A DNA stretch of 63,739 bases, the filler included, from Reticulomyxa filosa (Eukaryota > Protista > Foraminifera): assembly GCA_000512085.1 (NCBI GenBank). It is 21 parts of 21 records of this genome, joined end to end, with 100 filler letters (N's around TTAATTAATTAA, not from the genome) between each part and the next. Parts side by side here need not be neighbours in the genome. Positions count along the whole stretch, not along the records: positions 1 to 1,337 come from ASPP01003770.1; positions 1,438 to 4,137 come from ASPP01010335.1; positions 4,238 to 7,656 come from ASPP01049184.1; positions 7,757 to 10,316 come from ASPP01004781.1; positions 10,417 to 11,475 come from ASPP01015149.1; positions 11,576 to 23,615 come from ASPP01004436.1; 15 more parts are not named here. The stretch is one strand, 5' to 3'. The position numbers and the translations under genes were made by a program. This document shows positions 1 through 12,558 of the stretch, piece after piece. The notes under the pieces were generated by a model. That model saw nothing but the letters and a program-made list of their open reading frames with translations, ran no database searches and was not told the origin of the DNA. Each line of letters starts with the position of its first letter. The stretch's first letter is position 1.

Positions 1-1260
1 TGTTTTGAAACGACCCAGTACATATTATCTACAGTTTGTTGCTCTATCAATATTGGAAGTGCTTCTATGTGCTCCAATTCTGTTTGCAAATTCGTCAAAT
101 CATCTTCTTCATTTGTGTTATGATATTTTTCAATGAATGCTTTCAAAGACGACATTGAATTCGATACACTGATGCTATTCGATCCCATCATGGATGATAC
201 CTCACTGCAGCATTTTAGATTTCGAATTACCGGTTCCACCAATTCATTTGGGATGCTGCATGCTTCGATCATACATTCTTTCGCTACATATTTCATTGCT
301 TCTACTGTTATATAAGTTTTCAGCCATTGTAATTTGTTGCTATTTTCATCTCCGTGAGATGAACAATTGTATTGATCTTTATATAGATCGATGAGATCCG
401 ACACGTTTATGTCTTTGTATTCGTTTTGATCAATCTTTTCTGTAATGAATGCAAGCATCGTTAAGACTCAACTTTTTCGATCCAAAAAAAAAAATAATAA
501 TAAATTTGATAGTACCTTCCGAAGGATTTCCTAACCAACTCAAAATGTGAGAGACCTTTTCTTGTTTATTTTTCACTGTTGCAGCTGCTTTGATATCTCC
601 TATTCTTCGTCTAACATACAGATACATATAAACATATGTACATGTTGTGAACGAAAGTCCTTTTTTTTGAAAAAGGCTAAACGGAGGGGCTCGTTGAAGG
701 ATTTTGATATCAACAGCAGTCCATGTGTCATTGCAATATTTACAACGGAACTCCACTTTATCTTTAGCCCTCCATTTTTCTTCTTTTGGCCATCATTCAC
801 GAGTTTCACTTTCGTTTTTGTTGCTTTCACATACAAAGGTGTTCATATATCATTCACAACATTGAATATTATAAAAATGTGTTACCATCATGATATATGG
901 ATGTTGTGTGCAATAGTACCGGTTTTGTGCAGTGCACTTGAACAAGTGCAAATTGAGAGTCATCATCTTCATTCACTTCACCTTGATAAAGCACAGGGAA
1001 TTCAATCTTGTCGACTCTCAACCCACTTGAGTTTGACTCAAATGAATACTCGCAAAGTATTTCATCTCCACTCTTTAAATCAAAATTTTTCCATCTGTCA
1101 TCATTTAAGTTAAATCTCATCAATTTTTCCTTTTTTTGTTGTTGTTTTAATTGTACTTGTTGTTGACTCATATATTTGAATTAAGAACTATTTTTAGCAC
1201 ATACATCCAGAGCAATGTTCGCCGCATTGTCATTGATTTTCAGAATTTGCGTGTACTCTT
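1..1260 (-). CDS. Internal part of a multi-exon gene of unknown function, possibly with OB/cold-shock-like segments
   Basis: Open minus frame from ~433 to the window start (IDQNEYKDINVSDLIDLYK...NMYWVVSK), plus exon-like segments ~880-1130 (EKLMRFNLNDDRWKNFDLKSGDEILCEY) and ~520-820, separated by short GT-AG AT-rich gaps. Confidence 0.55.
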
Positions 1261-1337
1261 GCCGTCTGTATCAATTAAACACAGCCATTTCTCTTTTCTC
1301 ACTGTGTCAATACAAAAATATATTGGCATATACATTT

Positions 1338-1437
1338 NNNNNNNNNNNNNNNNNNNNNNNNNNNNNNNNNNNNNNNNNNNNTTAATTAATTAANNNNNNN
1401 NNNNNNNNNNNNNNNNNNNNNNNNNNNNNNNNNNNNN
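1338..1437. other. Artificial contig linker N44-TTAATTAATTAA-N44 (first of 20; others start at 4138, 7657, 10317, 11476, 23616, 24730, 25989, 30442, 35986, 38741, 43895, 46378, 47533, 50135, 54499, 57019, 59345, 60783, 61956)
   Basis: Identical 100-bp spacer with stops in all six frames; genes are cut off abruptly at linkers. Confidence 0.99.
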
Positions 1438-2650
1438 GAAAGGTTATACATTCAATTTTTTTATGTGGCTTTTACAGTATGTCTTTTTTTTTAACAAAAT
1501 TTTTTTTATTACATCTCTATCAAACTGTAAAGAATTTTTTTAGTTACTATTGCGTGATACATTGATATGCTATCAGTTTTTTCCAATTCTCTTTGTATGT
1601 CCTTTGCAGTTTCACACTTCTCAGTTTCCAACCACTTGACCACTCTCATCCATTTGTAAACTTATCACAGTGCAGTCCATATTTTGCGTTAGATGCATTG
1701 AACAGCCCAGTAGTAATGTCTGTTTGGCATTTGCTAATTGAAAATAACCTATTGATTTTTCAACTGACGATCCAATAATAGTTTGACATGATCGTAGCAA
1801 TTTTTGAACCAAATAACGCAAAGTCATCATTTCTTTGTCACAAATCGACACAAGCGCATTTGAATACAAGAAATAATTACAGATGCAGCTGATTTATCAT
1901 ACTATCATTGGATAGTACATTGCAGTTTCAAAATAAACATGAAATACTATGTTGTTCGTCTTCTGTCATCGACTATTTTTTGATTCTGCGAGAATCAACA
2001 AACTTCAGTTCGTAAGAAGGAACAATTGCGAAATCCAATTGCTTGGTCTGCCAATGGTCCAATTTTTGCCATTTGCTTGAAAAACATATAGTTTGAACCG
2101 GTGCTCAGCATGCCCGCTCACATAAATACTCCAAATCATGTTTGCAACATCATACGGACAGCGAATCCTTTTTCCAGTACAGCGACTTCCCTTTTTAGAA
2201 AAACACAAAGATTGGTAAATAAAAAACTATGTTTGTCCGTATACAGAACTTTGTTTTGTTTCATTATAATTAATAACTAATTTTTACAACAATTTGTTGT
2301 TTAAGTAAAATATATCCTAAAAAAGTGTAATCCTTAAAAAAGCTACTTCAAAAAAAAACTGAACATATAATTTGCCAGAAATTCCTTTTACTCTTTTCAA
2401 AATTAAAAAGCTCGTACAAATGCATTTAAAACAAAACAATTGAAAGTGTGAAAATCTGGATAGATGGAAAAATCTGATGACAAGTCAAACCTGAAAAATA
2501 TTTCATGGCCGCTGTCTAAAACAAGTAATTGAGAAAGATATGATCTTTTTCAAAGTTAGTAATTGATGCACAGTTTTTTGTAGTTGGTTCCCTTTTTTTA
2601 AAAAAAGGAGTTTTGTAACCAAAAAAAGGGGTTTGACAAGTTAAAAAAAA

Positions 2651-3439
2651 TTGAACTGGGAGGACATGGCACAAGCAACTTCAAACTTAAGCCTCTCACA
2701 ATATGCAAAACAATTTTTACAAGAGAATTTTCCTGGTTGTGTGTTTGCCGACAAAGAGTCCAAAGCTTACAAGGCAATGGAATCTGAAAACCGTAAAAAC
2801 ACTTTTTTACAAACTGTTCGTGATAAAGAAACAGAAATATCATTGAAATTAATAATGCATGAAATTGTAACAGATTTAAATTTAAGTGATGGATATGGAA
2901 ACACAGCTTTACATTATTCTTGTTATTTTGGTCATTATTTAATTCTTCGTTTTTTGTTATCATGTTTAGAAAAGGATATTTCCCCAATAAGTTTATGGGC
3001 AATGAATACAGTTGGTGCTTCACCATTACATCTTGCTTCAGAAATGAAACAACTTTTATGTGTAAAAATGATATTAGAATCGATAAAAATGCGTCCAAGT
3101 TTAAAACAAATTAATCAATGCAATATCAATGGATGGAATGCATTACATTATGTGTGTTCTTTACGTGATGTAAATAATAATATTGGCTTGACATTGAATA
3201 ATTGCAATGAGATTATTGAATTGCTGATAAAAGCTGGAATCGATATTACAATTAAAACCAAAACAGAAAAAACAGCATTGGATATTTGGAATGAGAGTTG
3301 TGAAAAGACATTTAGTTTGACAGATACTGATGATAAGACAGCAATTTGGAAATCTCAAATTGTTGCTATTCAGAAATTGCTTGGTGCCAAACAAACAAAT
3401 GATAATGAAACAACTGAGGAAAAAGAAAGCAAACAATAA
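2651..3439 (+). CDS. Ankyrin-repeat protein (about 3-4 repeats); possible short upstream exon 2464-2524
   Basis: GNTALHYSCYFGHYLILRFLL, GASPLHLASEMKQLLCVKMIL, GWNALHYVC...IIELLIKAGIDITIKTKTEKTALD match the ankyrin consensus. Confidence 0.92.
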   Translation: MNWEDMAQATSNLSLSQYAKQFLQENFPGCVFADKESKAYKAMESENRKNTFLQTVRDKETEISLKLIMHEIVTDLNLSDGYGNTALHYSCYFGHYLILRFLLSCLEKDISPISLWAMNTVGASPLHLASEMKQLLCVKMILESIKMRPSLKQINQCNINGWNALHYVCSLRDVNNNIGLTLNNCNEIIELLIKAGIDITIKTKTEKTALDIWNESCEKTFSLTDTDDKTAIWKSQIVAIQKLLGAKQTNDNETTEEKESKQ

Positions 3440-4719
3440 CCCAACAAAAAAAAGGCAACGCTTTTTGGAAATGTAAACATATTTAGGGACGTTCAGTTAT
3501 CAACAAAAAATATCGATTCAAAATTATTTCTTTTTTTTAATGCATGTTTGATCAGATCCTTGCGCTACTTCAATAAAAATCATTTGTTTCATATGTTTTT
3601 CAAACAAAATCACAAAACATTTCATTTTTTACTCTTTAGAGTTAATGAAATGTACGTAATTATTTCCACACTAGCAATACGGCGCTATTTATTAGAGTCA
3701 CCAAGAGTTTTTTAGCTTGTCACTATCCAAACTGTGGTATATTTTGTAATTAATGCAAATGATAAAACATTGGACAGTGACAATTCTTAATTTTATTTTC
3801 GATGGTTCAGCTTTTCAGTAGCGCGCAACTTGATCCTGCAAATGACCAAGAGCACTCCCCCAAGTGAAGTTTTTGCGAAAACTGGTTAACAAAAATAGCA
3901 CAAAGCATAAACAGTGCCAAGAAAATTTAATTTTTTTTTTTAAAATTTGTCTCTTGAGTGAACTGGGAAAAAAAAAATTGTTGTTCACTTTTAACATCTT
4001 TTGACATATATATATATCTATCTATCTCGATAAGCATGCTCAAATTCGGTCTTTGCAATACTGATCAGCATCCTCATGTACGTGAGAAGTAATAGTATGC
4101 CGATAATGTGTTGGTTGAGGATATATGTACTAAGCTCNNNNNNNNNNNNNNNNNNNNNNNNNNNNNNNNNNNNNNNNNNNNTTAATTAATTAANNNNNNN
4201 NNNNNNNNNNNNNNNNNNNNNNNNNNNNNNNNNNNNNGCCCCCCGTCTCCGCAAGGAGTATAAATGGTTTGTTATATTTATACTTTTTTTTTTTGACATA
4301 ATTAACGTTGTTTGTTTGTTTAACAGCCGCAACCCATCTATCAAAAAAAAAAATGTATACGTCCCACTACTAATTTCCAACAAAGAAAATTTCGGGGTTG
4401 AAGCTACCCCGTGTTGCAAAAAAAATGAAAGGGTTTGTATCTTTCATTTTTTTTATTTTTATTTTTTTTATCAATGTTTGTTTGTTGTCAATAGGCATGC
4501 CCCCACCAAAAAAAAATTCTACTTGCCCACTCCCTTCGTAACAAAAGAAAAAAAATAGATTGTTATATTTTAATTGGAGCTGTCATCTCCAAGGCAAATG
4601 TATGTTATTGTTTGTTTTTTTTAAATGAAAAAATATATCAACATGTGACTGTGTCAATAGGGTTCAATAGTCGCAAAATGATATAAGTTTTTTTATTTTA
4701 TTTTTTATTTAGTTGATAT

Positions 4720-5090
4720 TGTAGGGATAGGGAAAAATGTGGAAAGGAAAAGTGGGAAAATTAATTGAAAAAAAGGGATTTGGAAAAAAGTTGAATGGAA
4801 AAGGGAAGAGGGGAAAATTAATGTTTGAAAGGGTGGTTGGGGGTTTGGAATTTTTTTTTGGAAAATGAAGAAAAATTAAAAAATGAAAAAAAAAAAAGTT
4901 GACAAATTGATAAGGAAAAAAAAAGATGACAATAGAAAAAAAAAAAAGATGGCAATAGAAAAAAGGAAAAAAAGTAAAAAAGAGAAAAAATGATAGAAAA
5001 ATAATAGAAAAGAAAAGAGAAAAAAAAGAGAAAAAAAGAAAAAAAAAAAAAAAAAAAGTTGAACAAATGGAAAAAGAAAAAAAGGGAAAT
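4720..5090. repeat. A/G-rich low-complexity tract
   Basis: Almost only A runs broken by G; ORFs over it translate to poly-Phe or poly-Lys. Confidence 0.85.
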
Positions 5091-5529
5091 TGTTCCCAAA
5101 AATTTGAATATGTGCGTACGGTTACACGCACGAACGCGATCAACCAATGCGCATAAGAGGTCCTGTACGAGCGATCAAGTTGATGGGGAAGTGGAGAAGC
5201 AAAGCCAAAATCAATGGCAAACAAAAAGATGTAAATTTGATGAAAAGTTATGGTTGCTATACATGACAGCGACAAGTGAAAATCGATCGTTGTGGAGTGG
5301 TGCAATTTTCAAACTTGGAGCAACAATCGACAGCAGAGACCGATATATCATTCGAACGTATACATACGTGTATTCGCAACTTTGGAACTTTATTCGTGAT
5401 TGTATCGATTATAGGTAGCGCAGGTGGCATTGAGCATTGACAAATAGATTGATATATCGATAAGAAAAAGAATTACAAGTCATTATCGTGTTGGTTAGAA
5501 AAAAAAATAAGTCGAACAAATTAGTGGCA

Positions 5530-7440
5530 GGCGATGAAGAAAATAGCGTGAAAGTTGTCATGAAATATTCGTTCATTGCGATCGAGCAAGCGATGAAATC
5601 GTGAGAATCGCTCAATGTGAAAACAGCTCAATCGGTGGAAGGAGTATGCAAAACTTGCGCCAAGACACCATGAAGTAAGAATCTGGAGATGATGAAAAGG
5701 AGGATGATGATCAAGAAAAGTAAAACAATGTTAAGTCTTTATCGTGTTAAATTTGTTTTTTTAAAAAAAACAAATCAGTCTGACGCTTTGTTCAATTTGC
5801 GCATTTCCGGACAATAAGAACAATTCCGTTACCAAATTCGCAAATCACGTAAGTGGCTCAATGGAAAATGAAAGTGCGGCAATTTCAAGCAGTAGAAGCT
5901 CGATACATTGTAAAGAACGTTTACCGTCAACATTGGCCTACAAAAGTCTCTGCGGATAATTGTTGGCGAGACACAGCACCAAAGAAAACGTCGAAATACA
6001 GTCTACCGTCGCCAACGAACAGTGATCACTATATCATTATAGAAATTGAGCTAATTCTGTTAGCTCAGATATCGAGCATTAGTACTGAAACTGGCTATGT
6101 GCGTGCGCACATGCACAACTTGGATTTTAAATCGTGAGCTCGCGATACATTGAGCTCTCTCTCTATCTCTCTTCACTGGTCAACATATCAGTTTCATTTT
6201 TCGGTTCCATCGCTGCAAGGGCTGTAGTCTTGTGTTTGTCGAGCAAGCGCTTATTACCATTGCCAAACTGTCTCCTTAATCGGCTATGAACTACTGGCGA
6301 CGTGTTGGACGATACTCAATAAATCGAGAAAGAAAAACAGCAGCAAATACGTCCAAAAAAAAAGAAATTATACATGATAGCCTCAGTCATCGTATCGCCA
6401 ATCCAAAAATTGCTGAATGAACGCATTGATAATAGATTCGAGAATTGCCAACGACGACCATTGTCCAAGACCAAAGTATGCCTCTCGTTACAAGAGCGAC
6501 AAGAGTGGATGCAATTCGTATTTCGAAGATATCAACTATATATATTGGTATTGGAACAGTTCAAAAAAAAATCTCCAAGTTCTATCGCAGACATTCTGGA
6601 CCTTGGTGCTGCCAGAATATAAAATCAGAAGAAAAAAAGGAAAAGTGAAAACGATGTCGACGTTATGGTGTAATAACGACTGTAGCGACTGGACCGACGA
6701 AAAAGTGGAAAACGAGGAAGAAAAAGAAAACAATCGGTATTGCGATCGAACGAACCATGTTAGATTGGTTCAATTTTAGTTGTGCGAGATTAACAAGGCT
6801 CCAGCAAGCAGAAGAAGACGAAGAGGATGAGAATGAAGATAACTAGTGTTCCGAGATTATATCGTGTTGGACTTGCTTAAAAGGATAGGAAAAAAAAAAC
6901 AATTAGTCCACCGGCTTTATTGAAATTGGATATATGAAATTAATCTTTATGTCTCGAAACGCGCAAAATCGCCACTCGCGGGCGTAGACTAACTGCCAGT
7001 AGCGCCCCCCCCAATGGAAAACGTCGAACGGATATGGCAATGTCTAGAAATAGTACCCGAAGTATTGCAAAGAACTTGTTTGCTAGCAACGTATGCTCAC
7101 ACAAGTCTCTGGCGCTTTTCCCAGCCAACAATTATCCGCAAATAAGGTATCCAGCTGCGGTCTACCGAGCCAACGAGCAAGAAAAACTCCGTCGTTATGA
7201 AAATGGAACTAACTATACAAACGCAAGACAATAGCCGAAACACGCAGATTGGGGCATACGTGTCAAAACTAGTCGTGTGTGCGCACATGCTCAAATTTGT
7301 GTTTTGAATCATGCGCGTTCTGATGGAAGGAATCATAAGCCCCCCCGGCGGGCGACATCGAGCATTGCGCATTTTTAAACATGGACGAACATAGTGCGCA
7401 CTCTCTCCCTTCACAATGGAAGTTGTTGCAAAAGTGTGAA
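5530..7440 (+). repeat. Two diverged tandem copies (~1.18-kb spacing) of a decayed repeat/pseudogene family
   Basis: Shared blocks in the same order: TTGCGATCGA, acidic GAGGATGA tract, A-run, CAATGGAAAA, AAACT..GTGCGCACATGC (6103 and 7279). Same blocks at 24850-25960. Confidence 0.75.
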
Positions 7441-7804
7441 TATCAAGCGCAGTCCAATGACGATAGCGACGAAATGCAGTCCGTTCAATCTTTTACTCAT
7501 TTGTCAATTGTCTAAACCATGGGTGCAGCTGCTGTATTCTACGATTTGATTTTTGGTGTGTGCGCGGGAGATCTAATGTTGTTCTCTCATTTCAAAAACG
7601 TAGTCGTTGTGGATACGAACGAATTGTTCGGTTACCAAAAACCGAATCATTCGGATNNNNNNNNNNNNNNNNNNNNNNNNNNNNNNNNNNNNNNNNNNNN
7701 TTAATTAATTAANNNNNNNNNNNNNNNNNNNNNNNNNNNNNNNNNNNNNNNNNNNNTTTTTCCCCCTTTTTTTTTTGAACCTCATTTTTTTTTTTTTTGG
7801 GTAG

Positions 7805-8555
7805 GCGTGGAGGTGGGATTTAAAGACTGGACGTGGGTTGACGAGAACGATGTGAAGTCGGACCCCATAGTCGCGGCTTTGAAACTACAAGACTTGAGCC
7901 AACATATCCCCCTATTTCATGTGGACTCGTTCGATCTACCGAACCGTGTGGAAACGAAACGCGGATTTATGTCCGTTCAATTGCTTGCCAAAACCGATTT
8001 GTACAACACACTGTTCAAAATTGGGAAAAACACAGTTTGGTTTTACGTTCGTCCATTACTTCGTTGCTGTTTTTTTTTATTATATCGGCCCCTTTTTTTT
8101 TTTTTTTAAAAAATAAAAAATAAAAATAACTGATTGAGCGTTTTTATGTGGCTCATTAAAAAAAAAAATAAAAAATAATAATAAAGTATGGCATTCAAGG
8201 ACATCCGGAAATCAAACCCGATTTGTTGAAAGTGTGGTGTCAAGCTGATTGGGGTGAAGCAAATGAACATGTCGTGAAATTGATGACTGGAGACACATTG
8301 GAATATTTGAACAAAAACTTTGATAAAATTTCATTGGGCGGGGACACGATTCTGAATTTGTGGATTGATGTTGTGTTCGGCTCTGAAATTGGTGACGTCC
8401 CTGAGGTCGGGTCTCGCGAAGCTTTTCAACAGTATTTGGTTGATGTTTTGCTACCAGCGGCTGAAATTAACACTCAGCAATATAAGAGATCACTCAATTT
8501 GAAACTCAGCTCTAGTAAATTACAACCTCAAACTTCTCTTCTGCCTGCAAATTAA
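7805..8555 (+). CDS. Class I glutamine amidotransferase-like protein (GATase1), 3' part; intron 8035-8186
   Basis: VEVG, FHVDSFDLP and, after splicing, KIGKNT|YGIQGHPE containing the catalytic H-P-E. The nucleophile Cys region is off the contig. Confidence 0.85.
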
Positions 8556-9589
8556 ATTTTTGATGCGAAGATTGAGAGAGGATCTCTTCCTTGCTTTCCT
8601 TTCGAACGTCATCAAAAAAAAAAAAGCCAGTAGCATCAAAGAAGGAATCACTTAAAACTGTCATGTACTCGTATGTTAATATATATAAAAATCCATTGTT
8701 GGATCATTAGAGGTTGAAAAAACACGCAAAGAACAAAATTTCATCTTGCGTGCATAAATACAAATTTTATTTTTGATCGTGTCTAGTAGCTTCACTGTCT
8801 TTTCTGTTTGGTCGTATAATTTCTTATTTTTCATTGTTTTTAGGAAATGACTTTTTAAACTCTTACTTGTATGCCAATTTTCAATGCCTGCATTACTAAA
8901 TCAAGCTTTATCTTTTTTTCTTTCGAAAGGTTTTAATACAAGCTATTCTCATTTCACTAACAAATGGAAAATTCTTACTCAATAAACATTCCAACAAAAG
9001 TTTCTTAGTGGAGGGATAAACAGAGTGACTTTTGTGTAATGAAACAGTAGTGCAGATAATGTAATAAAATTGTTGGAACAAATATATGATATTCAAGGTT
9101 ATTTTGGGACATTATTTGAACAGTAAAGAATAATGAAGTTTTTTGTGGTGACCACAACGAGAAAAAACAAAAAAAAGGGAGCAAGTAAATCAGTGAACGA
9201 ACGTGACAAGTGGCTATTAAATCTACGATCGTGTACAGTACACAGATGAAAAGCAAAAGCGAGCGTCTACACAAGAGCAATTACAAATTGATTTTTTATC
9301 TTAATGGCTCAATATTGCAAACGCCAAAAAAGATATTGTTTGATAATAAATTGGAAGAATCGTCGGTATAGTATTTAGATTGTTTCAGTTTGGTTCCCCT
9401 TTTCAATGTTATTGAGATTATTGTTGCAATTTTCCATACAAACAAGGACCTTTTTTTTTTTGAAAATAGAAGTACAAAGATCACTTTCACTGTATTTCCA
9501 GAGTTGTGAGAAGAAGCAAGGTTTGTTTGTGTTTTTTTTATGCTGTTTTGTAATCGCGAAATAAATTGATTCAAACATTAAAAATGCAT

Positions 9590-10240
9590 AGGAAACAAAT
9601 TTGGTTGGTAGATTCAACTGGTTTGGTATACAAAGTTAAGTAGAAAGGCTTGATGACGCCTTTTTCAATTTAAATTCGATTTGATTTGTTTTTATTTTGA
9701 TGTTTATCACAAAGGGACGTAAATCAGGCCGCATGGATGATTTGAAGCAACTTTATGCACATCCATGGGACAAAGATGATGTGTCCGACTTACATAAAAT
9801 TGTGGAAGTTGTGCAGGCCACTGCTCTCTTGGGAGTTAGTGGAACTCCTCAAAGTTTTGTTTAACCAATAAACAAAAGCAAGAGAGTAGTTGTTTAAATT
9901 GTTTTGTTTGTTTGTTTGACTGCAAATAATGTAACAAAATCCCCAGCGTTCACAAAAGAGGCATGCCAAGCTTTGATGAAAAACAACAATCGTCCAATTA
10001 TTTTTCCAATGTCCAATCCAACTAGTCAAGCCGAATGCACAGCTGAACAAGCATTTTCGTGGACTGAAAATAAGTGCATTTTTGCAAGTGGTTCACCATT
10101 TCCGAAACTCACTATTGATGATAAAGAAATTGTTCCTTCGCAAGGCAACAACGCCTATATTTTCCCTGGCGTCGCATTGGGAATTATCGCATCCAAAAGT
10201 TCTCGTGTTACTGACGGAATGTTTTTGTTGGCTGCTCAAG
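9590..10240 (+). pseudogene. Malic enzyme C-terminal (NAD(P)-binding) half, three exons, apparently lacking the N-terminal half
   Basis: KQIWLVDSTGLVYK|GRKSG...LYAH, LLGVSG, RPIIFPMSNPTSQAECTAEQA, IFASGSPF, QGNNAYIFPG. Family call is secure; pseudogene status is inferred from the missing 5' region. Confidence 0.75.
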
Positions 10241-10467
10241 TTTTGTTTTGTTTTGTTTTGTTTTCTATGTACTAACATTCCAATCCTTGGATGTAATAAA
10301 AGTTAAAAGCTATAATNNNNNNNNNNNNNNNNNNNNNNNNNNNNNNNNNNNNNNNNNNNNTTAATTAATTAANNNNNNNNNNNNNNNNNNNNNNNNNNNN
10401 NNNNNNNNNNNNNNNNTCAAAATGCAAGAGGGACAAAGGGGGGGAGGGGGAGAAAGAAAAAAAAAAG

Positions 10468-11464
10468 GTACCTAGGCGTTTTTGGCTCTTCATCGACACT
10501 GAGTGCCATATCTTCAGCAACTTCAGATTCGCCCAGATTGACACTGGTAAAATCGGAAGTGCTTTCGTTCCTGAAAAAGTGTGGCTGAAACTGGTTCTTT
10601 GCGGCAGCGCCTTGCATGGAATAGCTGTCATTGTTGATCAAGGCCAGAGGAGGGACGTATACGTGGGATGCGCCTGTCGGAGAAGCAGGTACGTCTTCTT
10701 GGTTCTTTTGCGGGACAGTCAAGGTGTTACGTCGGCCTTTGTCCCCTGCCATTTCGGGCGACGCCGTGATCATTTCGGTAGGTGCCACTGCCATTGTAGC
10801 CGCCGTCGCTGTCGCCGTCGCTGCAATTGGAGCATCAGTGCCAATGGCAGTAGCAATGACATTGGCAGTGGTGGTGGTGGTGGTGGTGACTTGAGTTGCT
10901 CCTTTGGAATGTCTGCGTGCTGAACTGACCATTGCAGGATGTGTGATTTTGCTTTGACTGTGAGGTTTGCGAGCAAATGATTTGCTCGTGCGCTCACTTT
11001 GCGGCTGTGGCTGTGGCTGCGGTTGCGGTTGCGGCTGCTGTGAATGTGGCTGCTCTGCAGACGATAGAACAACAGGACGAGACAAAGGGGCGGGACGAGG
11101 AGTGATATGCGACTGCGTGAATTTTTGCTTGAGCATGGACAAAAGTGCATTGCCACTTCTGACGCGTGCGGAACCTTGCACACTCGTTTCCATTGGCTCC
11201 GGATCCAAATAGTCCTTCAACAACTCCAGTTCCACGCCAAACGCCTTCGCCACCGTGATATACATTTGTCCGCAAATGTGTCTCTTTTCCGAACCAATGT
11301 TCACCTGGAACTCCGCCCGCTGTCCGGTGTAGCTGCCGTCGTCGAGGTACCTTTCGAACAGCACCAAATAGCACACTCCGACCAACTGGTAGTTCTTCAT
11401 CAATCGCGACTTGGGCAATGAAGGCGGAAGTCTTGGTAAGTTTGCTTCAGTCAACGCCTCAGGA
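10468..11464 (-). CDS. Internal exon of an unknown protein: short globular segment followed by a Q/P/T/A-rich disordered region
   Basis: GC-rich ~330-codon open frame bounded by an A-run+AG acceptor (~11465) and a GT donor (~10468); QPQPQP and poly-T/A tracts. Confidence 0.7.
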
Positions 11465-11645
11465 CTTTTTTTTTTNNNNNNNNNNNNNNNNNNNNNNNNN
11501 NNNNNNNNNNNNNNNNNNNTTAATTAATTAANNNNNNNNNNNNNNNNNNNNNNNNNNNNNNNNNNNNNNNNNNNNTAACAAATAACAAATAACAAATAAC
11601 AAATAACAAATAATAATAAATAATAAAATAATGATAAATACGTAG

Positions 11646-12558
11646 GATTCAATTCGATGATATGTCGAACAAGACATGAAGAGAAGGACAGCACAGTAAC
11701 ATATATGGGCTTGCTTGGCAAAGTGATATGGCCCTGCTTTTTATGGGGCAGCGGAACTGCAATTGGAGAAATTCCTCCTTATGCGGTCAGTCTTGCAGCG
11801 TCGCGGGCAGGGAAATACAATGAACAACAATGGGCTGAAACGAGTGCAAACCATTGGATCGATCACATGAAAAAACAAATGATTCATTTTTTAAGCAAAT
11901 ATGGATTTTGGGCTGTTTTGGCATTTGCTGCATATCCTAATATGGCCTTTGATATGTGTGGGTAGGTGTTAGATATCTTATGTGATTGTTGCCATATACA
12001 AAAAAAAATGATTGTTTGTATAATAAAAGAATTGCATGTGGACATTTTCAAATGCCTTTTTGGAAATTCTTTGGAGCTACTTTCATTGGAAAAGCATTAA
12101 TTAAAGTGAATCTTCAAGCTATGTTTTTCATTGTGGTATTTCATCAACATACTTTAAATTGGGTTATTCATCAAATTCATAGATGTAGATTGCCATCATT
12201 TGCTCGACAAGTTCAACTTTTTGTTGAAATGCAAAGAAAAGCTTTGATTGAAACAGATCAATCTAATTTACAAAAACAGGTTATATACATATATACATAT
12301 ATATTTGTATATGTATATATATAGTATCATTTACTTCATTTCGTTTTATTTTGTTCACAGACTTCTTTTTTGAAAATAATATGGACAATTGTAATATGGA
12401 TATTTATGCTCGTTTTTATTGGGTCTGTCATTCAAGCTTTTGCTCAACAAAAACAAAAAGAGATTGATGACAAAATCAACGAGGAATGGCTAAATACAAG
12501 TCAACATCAAAATCCAGAATATCAAACAATAATAGTTGATAATGAAAAAGATAAATGA
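11646..12558 (+). CDS. VMP1: Vacuole membrane protein 1 (VMP1/TMEM49), 3' part; introns 11962-12029 and 12280-12360
   Basis: LWGSGTAIGEIPPY, YGFWAVLAFAAYPNMAFDMCG|IACGHFQMPFWKFFGATFIGKALIK are VMP1 family motifs. Confidence 0.93.

Noticed and set aside
780-810. In-frame TGA suggesting stop-codon reassignment
   Set aside because: Explained by intron/frame choice. Conserved genes use TGG for Trp and end in TAA/TGA normally.
1382-1393. TTAATTAATTAA recurring 20 times as a possible biological repeat or CRISPR-like array
   Set aside because: Always flanked by exactly 44 N on each side; it is a concatenation linker.
1560-2210. Broken minus-strand ORFs (RCTGKRIRCPYDV...), with faint similarity to ~13500-13750
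   Set aside because: Looks like decayed coding sequence, but no family is recognisable and the similarity is too weak to assert by eye.
4709-5305. Long Phe-rich ORFs resembling membrane proteins
   Set aside because: They are translations of the A-rich low-complexity tract.
10579-11421. Plus-strand ORFs with GCGCGC / poly-Val resembling metal-binding proteins
   Set aside because: Antisense shadows of the QP and poly-Thr coding repeats on the minus strand.
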